Origin: a virus
Virus record (IMG/VR): IMGVR_UViG_3300037391_000017
Coordinates: 1 to 64,000 of that record
Length of the DNA: 64,000 nt
Strand: one strand, 5' to 3'
Shown here piece by piece: positions 35,677 to 45,200 of the stretch. Position numbers and translations under genes: made by a program. The first letter of the stretch is position 1, and each line of letters begins with the position of its first letter. The notes under the pieces are model-generated. The model saw only the letters and a program-made list of their open reading frames with translations, was not told the origin of the DNA and ran no database searches.

Positions 35677-35862
35677 AGACGTTGCAGGTCTTTCAACATG
35701 CAACAAATCCCCCAATTCATTCGCATCCCTCAGGACGGTGACACGTACCTGTGGTCGGGGGTCTGCGGGACATACTCTAAGGCTGTCACGCCCTATCGCC
35801 TTTCGGCTGAGCAGCGGTAAACCGCAGGCATACACTAATACAATACCGTAGTCTGGGCATTT

Positions 35863-36108
35863 TTACAAGCGAGTCGTGACTTCTTTGTAGATGCCGTCTA
35901 TTCGCTCAACGAATCCGCTGATGCCTGTGTGCTGCTCCAGCCAGCGAGTCGTCTGGTTGCCCTTGCGGGCGTCCATCAACTTGTGCAGCCGAAGCGCCAG
36001 CGTGCGGGCCTTCTTCTCGTCACCGCATGTGTGTCGCACGTACTCATGGCGCGGCGAAGCGTCGTAGTTGTAGACCAACAGGTTGATGTAAATTTTGTCG
36101 CTCTTCAT
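35863..36108 (-). CDS. Hypothetical protein
   Basis: GGAGG SD before MKSDK; ATGA coupling. Confidence 0.6.
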   Translation of the reverse strand: MKSDKIYINLLVYNYDASPRHEYVRHTCGDEKKARTLALRLHKLMDARKGNQTTRWLEQHTGISGFVERIDGIYKEVTTRL

Positions 36109-36281
36109 TGCGCCTCCGTCCATGAGTCGCGAACCAATTCGTCCAGTAACCATTCATCGTCCTCGCGGGCGGGCGTCCAACCGAATAGGCGTTCCAGCCC
36201 CGTATCGAACATGCCGCCCTGCCAGCACCGAAACGTCAGGTACACGGCGAGCACTACGAACCATGCGACGAGAAACTTCAT
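36105..36281 (-). CDS. 58-aa membrane peptide (MKFLVAWFVVL...)
   Basis: Read manually; ATGA-coupled on both sides. Confidence 0.55.
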   Translation of the reverse strand: MKFLVAWFVVLAVYLTFRCWQGGMFDTGLERLFGWTPAREDDEWLLDELVRDSWTEAQ

Positions 36282-36454
36282 CCGACCTTACCCCCTGCGC
36301 CAACTTCGTAATTGATGATCGCCTGAACCAAGTCCACCCGCTTGCGACGGTCTGCCCAATCAACGTTGTACTGCCGCTCAACCCGCCGAAACAGTCTGCG
36401 GAGTTTGCGGAAGGTCATCGCTGTCAGTTCCTCTCGTCGCTCGCCGATAGTCAT
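36278..36454 (-). CDS. Small basic helical protein
   Basis: AGGAG SD before MTIGE. Confidence 0.55.
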   Translation of the reverse strand: MTIGERREELTAMTFRKLRRLFRRVERQYNVDWADRRKRVDLVQAIINYEVGAGGKVG

Positions 36455-36522
36455 GGTTCTCCTGTCTAAACTTTGGGGCACGCTGGTTTCATCCAAGACG
36501 TGTCTAGAATCCCCGCCGACCG

Positions 36523-36804
36523 TTAGGGAATATTTGCGAGGAGAACGACATCAGCCCAATTGTTTTCTCCGGGCTCGTCTGTGTCGTTCCAATCCTCACG
36601 TTCCCAATGTGTGTCGTCTTCACGACCGTTCCACAGCTTGTTATCGCGGACTTTGGTCACGCGAATATCTCGTACTGGACGCGGCCCCCACTCGGCATCG
36701 CCGCGAAGGACTGGCGTCTCCGGTGAAAGTTCCCCACGCTCGACGCGAGCCTTGAGTGCTTCCACCTGTTCGATCAACTGCCCGAGATTGATTCCAGTGT
36801 CCAT
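36523..36804 (-). CDS. Hypothetical acidic protein
   Basis: 93 aa ORF. Confidence 0.6.
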   Translation of the reverse strand: MDTGINLGQLIEQVEALKARVERGELSPETPVLRGDAEWGPRPVRDIRVTKVRDNKLWNGREDDTHWEREDWNDTDEPGENNWADVVLLANIP

Positions 36805-37305
36805 TTGATTGACTGGCGGCGATCACAGGGACTTCACGCTCCCACCTTGTCCGCGAGTAATGGAGGCTGGCCTAGCCTACTCACGTGACGCCTTTGTCCT
36901 GTAGACCGCTGCTAGTAAATCAAAAAGCTTGTGTGACCTCAGCCTAGCACTAGGGGGTTTCAGGGGCAAACCAGCAGCCGAACTGTCTGGCGGCATTCCT
37001 ACACCTGTGCATTGCTCACCGAAGCCACAGCAAGATCAAAAGTGGGGAGGGCGGGGTGCAGGATGACCGCAACTTCTTCGACCAGTAAACCACGTCTGGC
37101 TGTTAACGGCGTCCTGCACCCCAAATGTTGTGGGTCGGTTGATTGCCGACCAGTTGAGCGTTGTTTCCGAGGCCGTAGCCTATAGAGGTCGAGTCGTTCA
37201 GTTCGTACCCATTGTGTCCACCCCTCAGATGGTTACGCTGTCGCCTATTATCGGAAATTCACAAGCCGTGCGACACCGCGCCTGTTACTGTGTATCAACG
37301 ATACA

Positions 37306-37335
37306 ATTATACCAAACCCAAAGGGGGAATCGCTA
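37306..37335 (-). promoter_or_regulatory. Conserved promoter TAGCGA-N18-TATAAT facing a non-coding region
   Basis: Same motif family; no convincing ORF for about 500 nt downstream. Confidence 0.7.
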
Positions 37336-37346
37336 GGAATCTGAAA

Positions 37347-38300
37347 CTATTTTTTCGTGGTGCCATCCGCCAGCGGAACCAGCTTCCAGTTGGCGACCAG
37401 CGCGTCGTGGAACTGGATGTCACCCTTGAGGCTGCTGATCTTGAACTCGGTGCGGTCGATCTCGGACTCGCGGATTTCGTTGTACTCGCGGGTGCCCTTG
37501 TCGAACGTCTCGACGGTGACCAACGGCTTCTTGCCGTAGCCCTGATAGGTTTCCTTCGTGCGTTCCAGCGTCGGCATGGTGCTGTTCTTCAACGATTTCA
37601 GGTATTGCTGTGCGGACTTGAGCGCGGGGCGAAGGTACTGCGCCAACCACTGCTTGTTGCCTTCGCACGAGAACTCGTAAGGCAGGAACGCGCAACCGAA
37701 GCAGCTACCGATGCGGTAACCAGCGTGGTTGTATTCCGACATCTGGTAGCCGTGATGAACCATCTTCTGCTCGGCGGTGAGTTTCTGGCGGTTCTGGCAG
37801 ATGGTGCAGATGCCAGTGTTGGCGATCTCTTCCGCGATCTGAGCGGCGGTCTTGTTGGTCACGTTCGGCTTGCGGCCCTTCTTGATGATCGGCTTGAACG
37901 ACTTCAAGAACTGGAATAATTCGTTGATCTGATCGAGGGTCTCGATGTAGGTCACGAGGCCCGCAGTCTTCTGGTCGGTGGGCAGTTTCTTCAAACGGCG
38001 GCTCAGCTTGGCGGCTTGGTTCATACCGAAAGCGTAGCCGATGTCGTGGCGGGGGTCGGACGAAGGCAGTTCGCGGCGAATGTCGCGGGAGATCGCACCG
38101 TCAGCGGCGATATGCTGCGCGTGTTCGCAACCAGACGAGACATACGACTTCGCGTTCAGGAATTCTTGGTTGTAGATTTCGCCAGCGGCGAGTCCAGCTT
38201 CAAGAGTCTGGATGGCAGCGAGGAAGCGGTCACCCTGCGTGAAGGCGGAACGGATGTACGGGGTGCTGAAGGTCACCGTGATTTTGTCTGTGTTGTTCAT
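37347..38300 (-). CDS. Hypothetical protein with CxxC/HHG/C motif
   Basis: 317 aa, strong codon bias, conserved promoter with leaderless ATG. Confidence 0.75.
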   Translation of the reverse strand: MNNTDKITVTFSTPYIRSAFTQGDRFLAAIQTLEAGLAAGEIYNQEFLNAKSYVSSGCEHAQHIAADGAISRDIRRELPSSDPRHDIGYAFGMNQAAKLSRRLKKLPTDQKTAGLVTYIETLDQINELFQFLKSFKPIIKKGRKPNVTNKTAAQIAEEIANTGICTICQNRQKLTAEQKMVHHGYQMSEYNHAGYRIGSCFGCAFLPYEFSCEGNKQWLAQYLRPALKSAQQYLKSLKNSTMPTLERTKETYQGYGKKPLVTVETFDKGTREYNEIRESEIDRTEFKISSLKGDIQFHDALVANWKLVPLADGTTKK

Positions 38301-38306
38301 ACCCCT

Positions 38307-38352
38307 ATTATACCCCGAAACTCGTTGAAATCGCTAGGAATTTGGGTATTAT
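38307..38352. promoter_or_regulatory. Overlapping divergent promoters
   Basis: Minus: TAGCGA-N18-TATAAT; plus: GGTATTAT-N5-ATG. Confidence 0.65.
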
Positions 38353-38357
38353 CTGGT

Positions 38358-38801
38358 ATGACAGACAAACGCAAGGAACACGCCCTACGACTGGAAGCCC
38401 TTGAAAACAAGGTGTTTGCGGTCGTCAAGGGGGTAACCGACAAAACCGACCCCGAGATGTTACTAAAGGTCGGTGCTCCAAGTGACGAATATGACCCGAT
38501 TTCACGGCGGATTGCCGAGGGTTGGGTGCACAATGGACAGGGGCGGGTGGGTGAGACGGGGTTGGCACACATCATCGCCCTGCAATGGCACTATTCCTTC
38601 GGCGATTGGACGAAGCCCGTACCGTTTTTCTCCGTGTATTTCGAGATGGCTAAGGAAATGCTCCCGCTAATGTCGTGGGACGCCCCGAAAGAGTCGGGCG
38701 AAGTCGAGCACAAGGACGGCGCAAAGTTCTGTCGCGGTTGCTGCTACGGCAGCCATTGTCTGGGTGCCGAGTCCGGCTGTGAATGTTGTAGACCCGCTTA
38801 G
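38358..38801 (+). CDS. Hypothetical protein with a Cys-rich C-terminus
   Basis: Start re-called from ggtattatctggtATG. Confidence 0.65.
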   Translation: MTDKRKEHALRLEALENKVFAVVKGVTDKTDPEMLLKVGAPSDEYDPISRRIAEGWVHNGQGRVGETGLAHIIALQWHYSFGDWTKPVPFFSVYFEMAKEMLPLMSWDAPKESGEVEHKDGAKFCRGCCYGSHCLGAESGCECCRPA

Positions 38802-39100
38802 TCGCCACTCACCAAGCCGCCGCGAGGCGCGGGCGGCACATCCAAAGCGTTCGCGATCAGGACGGACGGCAGTTCACACTCCACGAACATGATCTGGCTC
38901 GGGCAGAGCAGAATGAACTTACCCTTATCCGGTTGACGAAGCATACCCACCTGTGCATACTGGTTGAGCATACGCTGCATCACCATCATTTGCTGTTGTT
39001 CGAGCGTGATATTGGGGTCGGGGACGTAAGGAGCAGTGATCTCTTGGGTTTCTGTCTCACCATCAACTCTGGTGATGAGGAACGTCAGTTTGATTTCCAT
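38798..39100 (-). CDS. Hypothetical protein
   Basis: GAGG SD after the RNR gene. Confidence 0.65.
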   Translation of the reverse strand: MEIKLTFLITRVDGETETQEITAPYVPDPNITLEQQQMMVMQRMLNQYAQVGMLRQPDKGKFILLCPSQIMFVECELPSVLIANALDVPPAPRGGLVSGD

Positions 39101-39107
39101 AAAACCT

Positions 39108-41021
39108 CTAGTTCATGCTAAGCTCGCAAGCCCCTCCAGCGCAGGCGGGTTCGTGCGTGCCCGTAGTCATGTCTTCTGTTTCGTAGCTAGGAAGCAGCGC
39201 CCAGTCAAGAACGGGCATCGTTGTCCTACGTTTCTGGTACTCGATTTCAGTGATTTCCGTGTTTGGGGCCTGCTTGTAAATATGATCGGAATGGGGCTGG
39301 AAGCTCACACCGCCCATCACATCGAAATGCTGGTAGACCCAAGCGCACACGTCTATCCACTCGTGCTGCCTCACATAAATTGTACATGAGGGGTTGTGCT
39401 CTGTCCAGTGTTGTTTGTAAGTGAGGTACAGTTCGAGTTGTTGAATTGCATTGAGATCATTTCGGCAGAGGGTCGAGGCTGGAGCTTCCAACGGGAAGTA
39501 GAAAATATCCACGTCGTTCGGCTTGTCTTTTTCTGGCTCGTTGACCACTCCCATCGCCTTCAAGAATGTGCCCACGGGGTTCTTTCTGTCCTCACGCACG
39601 CCCCGCCAAATGTAACGCGAGTAGCGAGTGTGAATTCCGGGTGAGCAATCAACAAGCTGGCTCACGGTGCCACTAGGCTTGACGCAGGTGATTGCCGCTG
39701 GCACAGGAATGCCGAGCTTGCCCGCCCATTCCGTAGCGACTTCGATGGAATACAGACGAAGCTCATCGAGCAACGCGACCAACTCAGGCCCGTTCGTGGA
39801 CATCATCCGATTGTCCATGATGCCAGTCAAACTGACGCCAAGGAGCCGCTCCTCCTCAGCGTTCTTTTGCCATTCCTTGCGTAAGTAGCGGAACTCAGTC
39901 AGCGTGGACTGGAGGCAGCCAAGAATGACAGCGCGGCGAATCTTTTGCTTGATGGTTTCTTTGGTGTCGTATGGGCGGCAGACCACTTCGGTCAGGTTGC
40001 AGAAGCCTTTGGGACGCAGGAGGATTTCAGCGCACGGGTTCAATCCGAAGTCGTAGTAATTCCCCTTCTCGTCTTTGACCGCACGGCGACCGTTTTTCGC
40101 CACATGCTTGCGGGCACCCTCGCGGTTGAACAGGCCGCGCTCACCCGACTTCGACTCGATCAGTGTGAGAAATTCCTTCATGAAAATCTCAACGTCGGGC
40201 TTCTCCGTGTAGGCAACGGAATTATTTGCCAGCCGCCGCCACGGGGTTGCGTCGTCCTCGTACCACTTACCATTCTTTGCATTCCGCATACGGTCGTCGC
40301 TCAGGTTTGAGAGCGAGATCATGGCCGAACGGCGCACGCCGCCACAGACTACCACATCGGCGATCATGCACATTAAGTCATGGCACTCCAACGAGTTAAG
40401 CTTGCGGCCAGCGGCGTTCTGAAAGAGCTTTACGGTGAACTCGAAGAGCCTGTTGAGGGGCTCCGGGCCGCTCGCCCGTCCACCAAAGGTCTTCAGGATG
40501 CTACCTGCGGGTCGCACGGCGGATAAATCCCATGTAGGGATCAGTCCGCCGTACAGCAAGCTGATGAGTTGGCGAAACGATGACGCCCACCCGATCTTGG
40601 AATCCCGAACATGGATAACGGTTTCAGTTGAGTAAAAAATCTCGGCGATCTCTGGCAATTTGTTGACGTGCTGGCGCTCCACACTGAAGCCGACGCCTGT
40701 GCCGCACATGCTGATGTACATCGCTTCGTCGAAAGCTCTAGGATCATCGACGTTGATATAGGAGCAATTGTAACCAGCGCAGTTGTCTTTCTTCAGGGCC
40801 TCGCCTGCGGTCATGAGGGCACGCATGGACGGCATGACTTCCATGTCGTAGATGGCCTGCTCTAGTTCTGCGGCGGTTGCCTCTCGATCAGTTTCAGGTA
40901 AGCGGGGCGCGAAGAAATTGATGTAGCGGTGAACTGTTTCGTCCCAGTTTTCTCTTCGGTTTAGTTCAGGTATCCAGCGGGCATAGCGAGACTTATGAAT
41001 ATACTGTTGGTACGGCGTCAT
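39108..41021 (-). CDS. nrdJ: Class II (adenosylcobalamin-dependent) ribonucleotide reductase
   Basis: MPSMR, YNC, GTGVGFS, NPCAE, CNLTE, TCVKPSGT, C-terminal CAGGAC; no beta subunit nearby. Confidence 0.9.
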   Translation of the reverse strand: MTPYQQYIHKSRYARWIPELNRRENWDETVHRYINFFAPRLPETDREATAAELEQAIYDMEVMPSMRALMTAGEALKKDNCAGYNCSYINVDDPRAFDEAMYISMCGTGVGFSVERQHVNKLPEIAEIFYSTETVIHVRDSKIGWASSFRQLISLLYGGLIPTWDLSAVRPAGSILKTFGGRASGPEPLNRLFEFTVKLFQNAAGRKLNSLECHDLMCMIADVVVCGGVRRSAMISLSNLSDDRMRNAKNGKWYEDDATPWRRLANNSVAYTEKPDVEIFMKEFLTLIESKSGERGLFNREGARKHVAKNGRRAVKDEKGNYYDFGLNPCAEILLRPKGFCNLTEVVCRPYDTKETIKQKIRRAVILGCLQSTLTEFRYLRKEWQKNAEEERLLGVSLTGIMDNRMMSTNGPELVALLDELRLYSIEVATEWAGKLGIPVPAAITCVKPSGTVSQLVDCSPGIHTRYSRYIWRGVREDRKNPVGTFLKAMGVVNEPEKDKPNDVDIFYFPLEAPASTLCRNDLNAIQQLELYLTYKQHWTEHNPSCTIYVRQHEWIDVCAWVYQHFDVMGGVSFQPHSDHIYKQAPNTEITEIEYQKRRTTMPVLDWALLPSYETEDMTTGTHEPACAGGACELSMN

Positions 41022-41178
41022 TATGATTCCTTACGAGGTCAGCGGCGGCTTAAAATTGTTTGCTCGATGTATTAGCTTTCGAGATTGGGTGAACGGGTTC
41101 ACAGGCGTTTTTCATTTCGCCTGTGTTGATGGGTTTTTCGTTAGAGCAATTTTTCGTTTTTGCAGTGTTGTTGGGAAA

Positions 41179-41952
41179 TTATTCTTTGGGCTGTCCGAAC
41201 TCCCAGAAGTGCGGGGAGGTTAAGTCTTCAATACGGCGGAAAGTCCCTTCGAGATACTGGCTCTTGTCGTCCAAGTCTCCCTTGGTCATGTTGCCAGCGA
41301 TGACGAGTTGCCCGCCGTGCTTGTACATCGCGTTGATGAGGTTGTACATCTCGCCCATACGGAACACGGACTTCTTGACCTTCTCAAATTCATCCAAGAA
41401 CAGGTGAGTGGCGAAGCCATACCGCTGCTTGAGAATTTCGATCTTCTCTGCGGTTATCAATGGGCTCTCGATCTTACCGAGTTTCCAGTCTTGAATCATG
41501 TCCATCAGGGTGATGGCATCCAACATAACCACTGGGTGATAATTGCCAATCCAAGCGCCTGTGTTCAGTACGATCTCTGGGCCGCAGGCGTAGAGAGCCT
41601 CACGGTAGAGGGCGCACATAAAAGTGGATTTAGACCAACCGCTGGGAGCGCAAAAAGCGTAGCCGCTCAATGGGGCGGCACGGAGCTTCTTAATGACCGC
41701 TCGTTGCTTCTCCAAAGGCATGTGAGACACGTCACTCGGCTCCAAAGTGCTAAGGTCTACATTTCGGTAACGCTCGGGAACCGTGCGCTGCCAAATTCTC
41801 TGAATCCCCTCACTGATCTTCTGGGACTTCTCGTCTCGATTCCGCTTCTCCCTCAGGGCACGAGCTTGAACTTTCTCCTCGGGAGAAAGAATCTTCGGTG
41901 GGTACTGTTTCAACAAACGGTCAATTGTCTTCTCGTTGAATTGTTCTATCAT
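41179..41952 (-). CDS. DnaC/IstB-like helicase loader
   Basis: VPERYRN, atypical Walker A APSGWSKST, LFLDE, LIN..Y, GN, RRI. Confidence 0.7.
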   Translation of the reverse strand: MIEQFNEKTIDRLLKQYPPKILSPEEKVQARALREKRNRDEKSQKISEGIQRIWQRTVPERYRNVDLSTLEPSDVSHMPLEKQRAVIKKLRAAPLSGYAFCAPSGWSKSTFMCALYREALYACGPEIVLNTGAWIGNYHPVVMLDAITLMDMIQDWKLGKIESPLITAEKIEILKQRYGFATHLFLDEFEKVKKSVFRMGEMYNLINAMYKHGGQLVIAGNMTKGDLDDKSQYLEGTFRRIEDLTSPHFWEFGQPKE

Positions 41953-42839
41953 ATTTCCTCTTGTTGGAACTTTGGTGTGGTGTGAACCGCAGGCTTCTTA
42001 CTCTCCGCAGGAACCTGACCGCTCATAGTCTCAAAGTGCTTCTTAAAGAAAGCCTCATCCCTGACTCGACCCCTCCAGAAAGGATCAGAATCGCTACCCC
42101 AATGCCAATCGACGACGAGCTTAATCTGAGCGGCGGTCCACCCATCAAAAGGCGCAACCGACCACGGGTCAAACCCCACCTTCCGACGCGACCCCGCCGT
42201 AGATGAGACAGCGGTAGCTTTGATTTTGGCCTTACACTTACAGCCAGTTTGGAGGGCATGACACTTCAAACAGTGAATCTTGCGTTCTCCATCCAGATAA
42301 CAGGGGCCGTTGCAGCGCATACAGGGTTCCGCGTGTGGGGTCTGGGTTGGAGCTTGACCATCCTGCGGAGCCGAAGCTTCTTCTACCTCTGCTTCTAATT
42401 CTTCTTCTCTTTCTTCTTCTACTTCTAAGTCTGTGCTGTTCTGTTCGAGCCCGTTCAACACCTGTTCAACACGTGTTGACGCCTGTTTAGCAGCCGCCGA
42501 CGCACGTCCAGCACGTGATTTGGCCTCAATCGCCGTCAAGGTTTTCCCATATTCTTCGGTAATTCTGTGGTGTTCATAGCCGTTATCCGTGAGGGTAAAC
42601 ATGCCCATCACGGCGTCTTTATTCTCTTTCCACACATCTTCGGGCACGTCCGCTAGAAGCATCAGTGTGGCGTCATCCGTGGGAAGGTAGGGTCGCGTGT
42701 TGCAGAATGGAGCCTCAAGACAGAGGGTTCGGTACATGTGCCGTTGGATGTAATTCTTGAGTCCCCGCTGAAACTTTGGGGAACTCAAGAACAATCCGTG
42801 ATGGTAGGCAACGTATTTGGGTAGGTAACGATCCGCCAT
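41949..42839 (-). CDS. DUF1376/YdaU-type replication initiator
   Basis: LPTDDATL, HHRITEE, SRAGRASA, iteron-like middle, EEEREEE tract. Confidence 0.7.
   Translation of the reverse strand: MADRYLPKYVAYHHGLFLSSPKFQRGLKNYIQRHMYRTLCLEAPFCNTRPYLPTDDATLMLLADVPEDVWKENKDAVMGMFTLTDNGYEHHRITEEYGKTLTAIEAKSRAGRASAAAKQASTRVEQVLNGLEQNSTDLEVEEEREEELEAEVEEASAPQDGQAPTQTPHAEPCMRCNGPCYLDGERKIHCLKCHALQTGCKCKAKIKATAVSSTAGSRRKVGFDPWSVAPFDGWTAAQIKLVVDWHWGSDSDPFWRGRVRDEAFFKKHFETMSGQVPAESKKPAVHTTPKFQQEEI
42441..42490. repeat. Iteron-like GTT(CAACAC) repeats
   Basis: GTT at 42443, 42453, 42464, 42475, 42485. Confidence 0.55.
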
Positions 42840-42840
42840 A

Positions 42841-44457
42841 TTATGCATCTTCCAGCCCCGGATCGACGAATTCGGTTCGGGTAGTTGGCGTGCTTGGAAC
42901 CGACACATCCTCGTCGGTCATGAACTTCTCTGTTGAAGATGTTCCGCCCACAGCGGCTCCGATTTTCTCAACCACTCGTCCAGACCCGAGCACGATCTCC
43001 ATGAGAGCCATCGGTGGGCGCTTGCCCTTACGCACCTTGAGCGTTTCCATGATGAGTTCGTTCTTGGCTTTGTTTTTCTCGTCCGAGTACACGGAAAAAA
43101 TGTAGTCCATGTCATGTTGATACTCAGAAAAGTTGGCGATGGCGTTAAGATCGTAGAACGTGCTCGTATCTCCGCTGGTGTTTTCTTCTTTTTCGGAGGC
43201 TTTCTTAGCCGCTTTGTTCGCTTCGCGGTTGACCTGCATGGGCGTCACAACCACGAGCCCGCGACCGTTGTGGTAGTTGCGGGTGAGGATTTGAGCCTTG
43301 TGGATGATGTTTTTGATTTCCAGATCGTGATAACGAGAATCCCCCGCCGTCTGTAGACGGGCGAGATAGTCGATGACTAAGAACTGGTAATTGGATTCGG
43401 AGAACGCTTCTAGGTAACCGACCACTCCCTCAAACGTGTTAATGTTCACGCTGGCCTGTACGTCGAGTCGCCCCGGAAGATTGACATGGGTTTTCATGTC
43501 CCGCAGGATGCGAGCCATGTGTGCCCTGATCTCGGGCGAGATCGTGATACCAGACTCGTCGTCTCGCGCCAAATCCCAGTCTGACAACGAGGGCAATTCG
43601 ATGCCGCTATCCTCGTAGTCTTCATGTGAAGAATGCAGGAACGCCATGAACTCCCAAATCTCCAGTGGAGTGTGTTCGAAACTGATGTAAAGCCCATTGT
43701 ACCCTTGCTTTAGCCAGTTGTAGACGATGGTGTTCTCAATCGTTGTCTTGCCGTCGCCGCTCATGCCCGCTATGCCGATGAAGCTCAGGTTTTGCGGCCC
43801 GATGATGCACGCTTTGTCGATGTGAGGCATCAGTGTCTTCATGCGGGTTACGGAGGATTCTTCAACTAGGCGGTTGTCGAGAGATTCGGCAACGCTGTCG
43901 ATGTGTTCGTCAAGCCAACCCGACTCGATTTCTGTCTCAGTGTACACGTCATCCATGAGCCCTTTGAGCATCATGGCTTTCGCGTCCTTCGTTCCGCTGG
44001 GGTCTTTGAACTTTCCAACCTGCTTCGTCGGCCCCGCGTTAACGATTCCCTCGAAATGCTGACCGAGGAAGCGGTAATGGTCTTTCTCAGCTTCCTTGAT
44101 GACGTTCTCAATCAGGACATTGATGTCGCTGATGGACTTCACGCGGGTCTCATCGATGTCGTTCAGGCTCTTGAGCGCGGCGACTAAGGTCTCTGACCAC
44201 CCCATGCGAAGCTCATGTTCCTCGGATGTCTTTACGAAATCGCGGAGAGCGTTTTTATTTGGTGGGAGTTGATGGAAGTGTTCCGAGTATTGGATGATGA
44301 TATCGAGAATTTTGTAGCACTCATCGTCGTCTTGCTTCGGCCAGTTGCAGATTTTCTTGAGGGGCTTTACATTCTTGCGGAGGGTATCGAGCAGCGATTG
44401 ATCCCCCGAGAGAAGGCGGTACACCAATACGTCAATTTTCACTTCGTTCACAACCAC
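42841..44457 (-). CDS. DnaB-like replicative helicase
   Basis: AGMSGDGKTT, ISFE, VIDYL, MQVNR, LKVR. Confidence 0.8.
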   Translation of the reverse strand: MVVNEVKIDVLVYRLLSGDQSLLDTLRKNVKPLKKICNWPKQDDDECYKILDIIIQYSEHFHQLPPNKNALRDFVKTSEEHELRMGWSETLVAALKSLNDIDETRVKSISDINVLIENVIKEAEKDHYRFLGQHFEGIVNAGPTKQVGKFKDPSGTKDAKAMMLKGLMDDVYTETEIESGWLDEHIDSVAESLDNRLVEESSVTRMKTLMPHIDKACIIGPQNLSFIGIAGMSGDGKTTIENTIVYNWLKQGYNGLYISFEHTPLEIWEFMAFLHSSHEDYEDSGIELPSLSDWDLARDDESGITISPEIRAHMARILRDMKTHVNLPGRLDVQASVNINTFEGVVGYLEAFSESNYQFLVIDYLARLQTAGDSRYHDLEIKNIIHKAQILTRNYHNGRGLVVVTPMQVNREANKAAKKASEKEENTSGDTSTFYDLNAIANFSEYQHDMDYIFSVYSDEKNKAKNELIMETLKVRKGKRPPMALMEIVLGSGRVVEKIGAAVGGTSSTEKFMTDEDVSVPSTPTTRTEFVDPGLEDA

Positions 44458-44687
44458 GTCCTTTTACAACCGGAATTTAACAACATTTCGGGTTTCTTTA
44501 AGCGAGAACACCGCCCTTTTTCGGAAAAAGTGGGGGTGGAAAGGGACGGTAACCACCCCCATGAACTCGGTCATCAACAATCAGACCGAGACGCATGTAC
44601 CTGTTAATACCAGCTTTTCGGGGAAGTTCGGCGTATTAAACCTATGGCATCGATTTCACTCATTTGCGCTTTGCGTTTGAAAGGTAT

Positions 44688-45200
44688 ATGGACAACACTG
44701 TCGAGGTCAGGGTTCTCAAGTATCAGTTTCGGTTCAAGCCCATCTACTGGCGCGAAGAGTTAGGAATCAAACCAGACCCTACGCTCGACCGCAGGCGGCA
44801 AATTCTCGCTCACGCCTTGGTACAAATATCAGGATTGAAAATCAACAACATAACCGAAGCGACGAGGGTGTTCGTTGCCATTCCGCTTTCGATTATCGAC
44901 CGCATTTTTACTGTGTACAAGGGGAGCCTGCCCGCACCGCGTATTTTCAAAACCATGGGCTTGTACAAGGCCCCAGAGCCGCTCAAATATGCTCGCCGCG
45001 TCGAGCGGGAGATCAGGGATCAGGAAGAAGAGGCGTTCCATAGAGCCGAAGAGTTGCTTGAAAGCAAATACGGCAAAGAAGAGCTTCGAGAAACTCGCGA
45101 GCTTGAGATGGCGATCCTGAAGGGGTCGAAGCTGCGTGGAGCTACAAGAGCTACCCACGACCCGAGCGATGAGGAAATCAATGGCAAAAGAAAAAATTAA
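44688..45200 (+). CDS. Hypothetical protein, tail assembly chaperone-like context
   Basis: First gene of the plus-strand tail module; ATG after AAAGGT. Confidence 0.55.
   Translation: MDNTVEVRVLKYQFRFKPIYWREELGIKPDPTLDRRRQILAHALVQISGLKINNITEATRVFVAIPLSIIDRIFTVYKGSLPAPRIFKTMGLYKAPEPLKYARRVEREIRDQEEEAFHRAEELLESKYGKEELRETRELEMAILKGSKLRGATRATHDPSDEEINGKRKN

Noticed and set aside
30350-35680. CRISPR-like periodicity (aatcttgg/aacttgg and tcgaacc repeats)
   Set aside because: Explained by tRNA CCA ends and T-loops; no constant repeat-spacer structure and no cas genes.
35667-35726. Short ORF ending at U8-A9-G10 of the upstream tRNA-Ala(TGC)
   Set aside because: Only 10-19 codons with no coding evidence; expected by chance.
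33511-35835. Short ORF-track calls across the tRNA and rnpB region
   Set aside because: They are translations of RNA genes; only 34859-35086 and the leader 35247-35378 have independent support.
45181-45200. Slippery A-rich overlap suggesting a tail-chaperone -1 frameshift
   Set aside because: The downstream frame is +1, not -1, and has its own SD and ATG.
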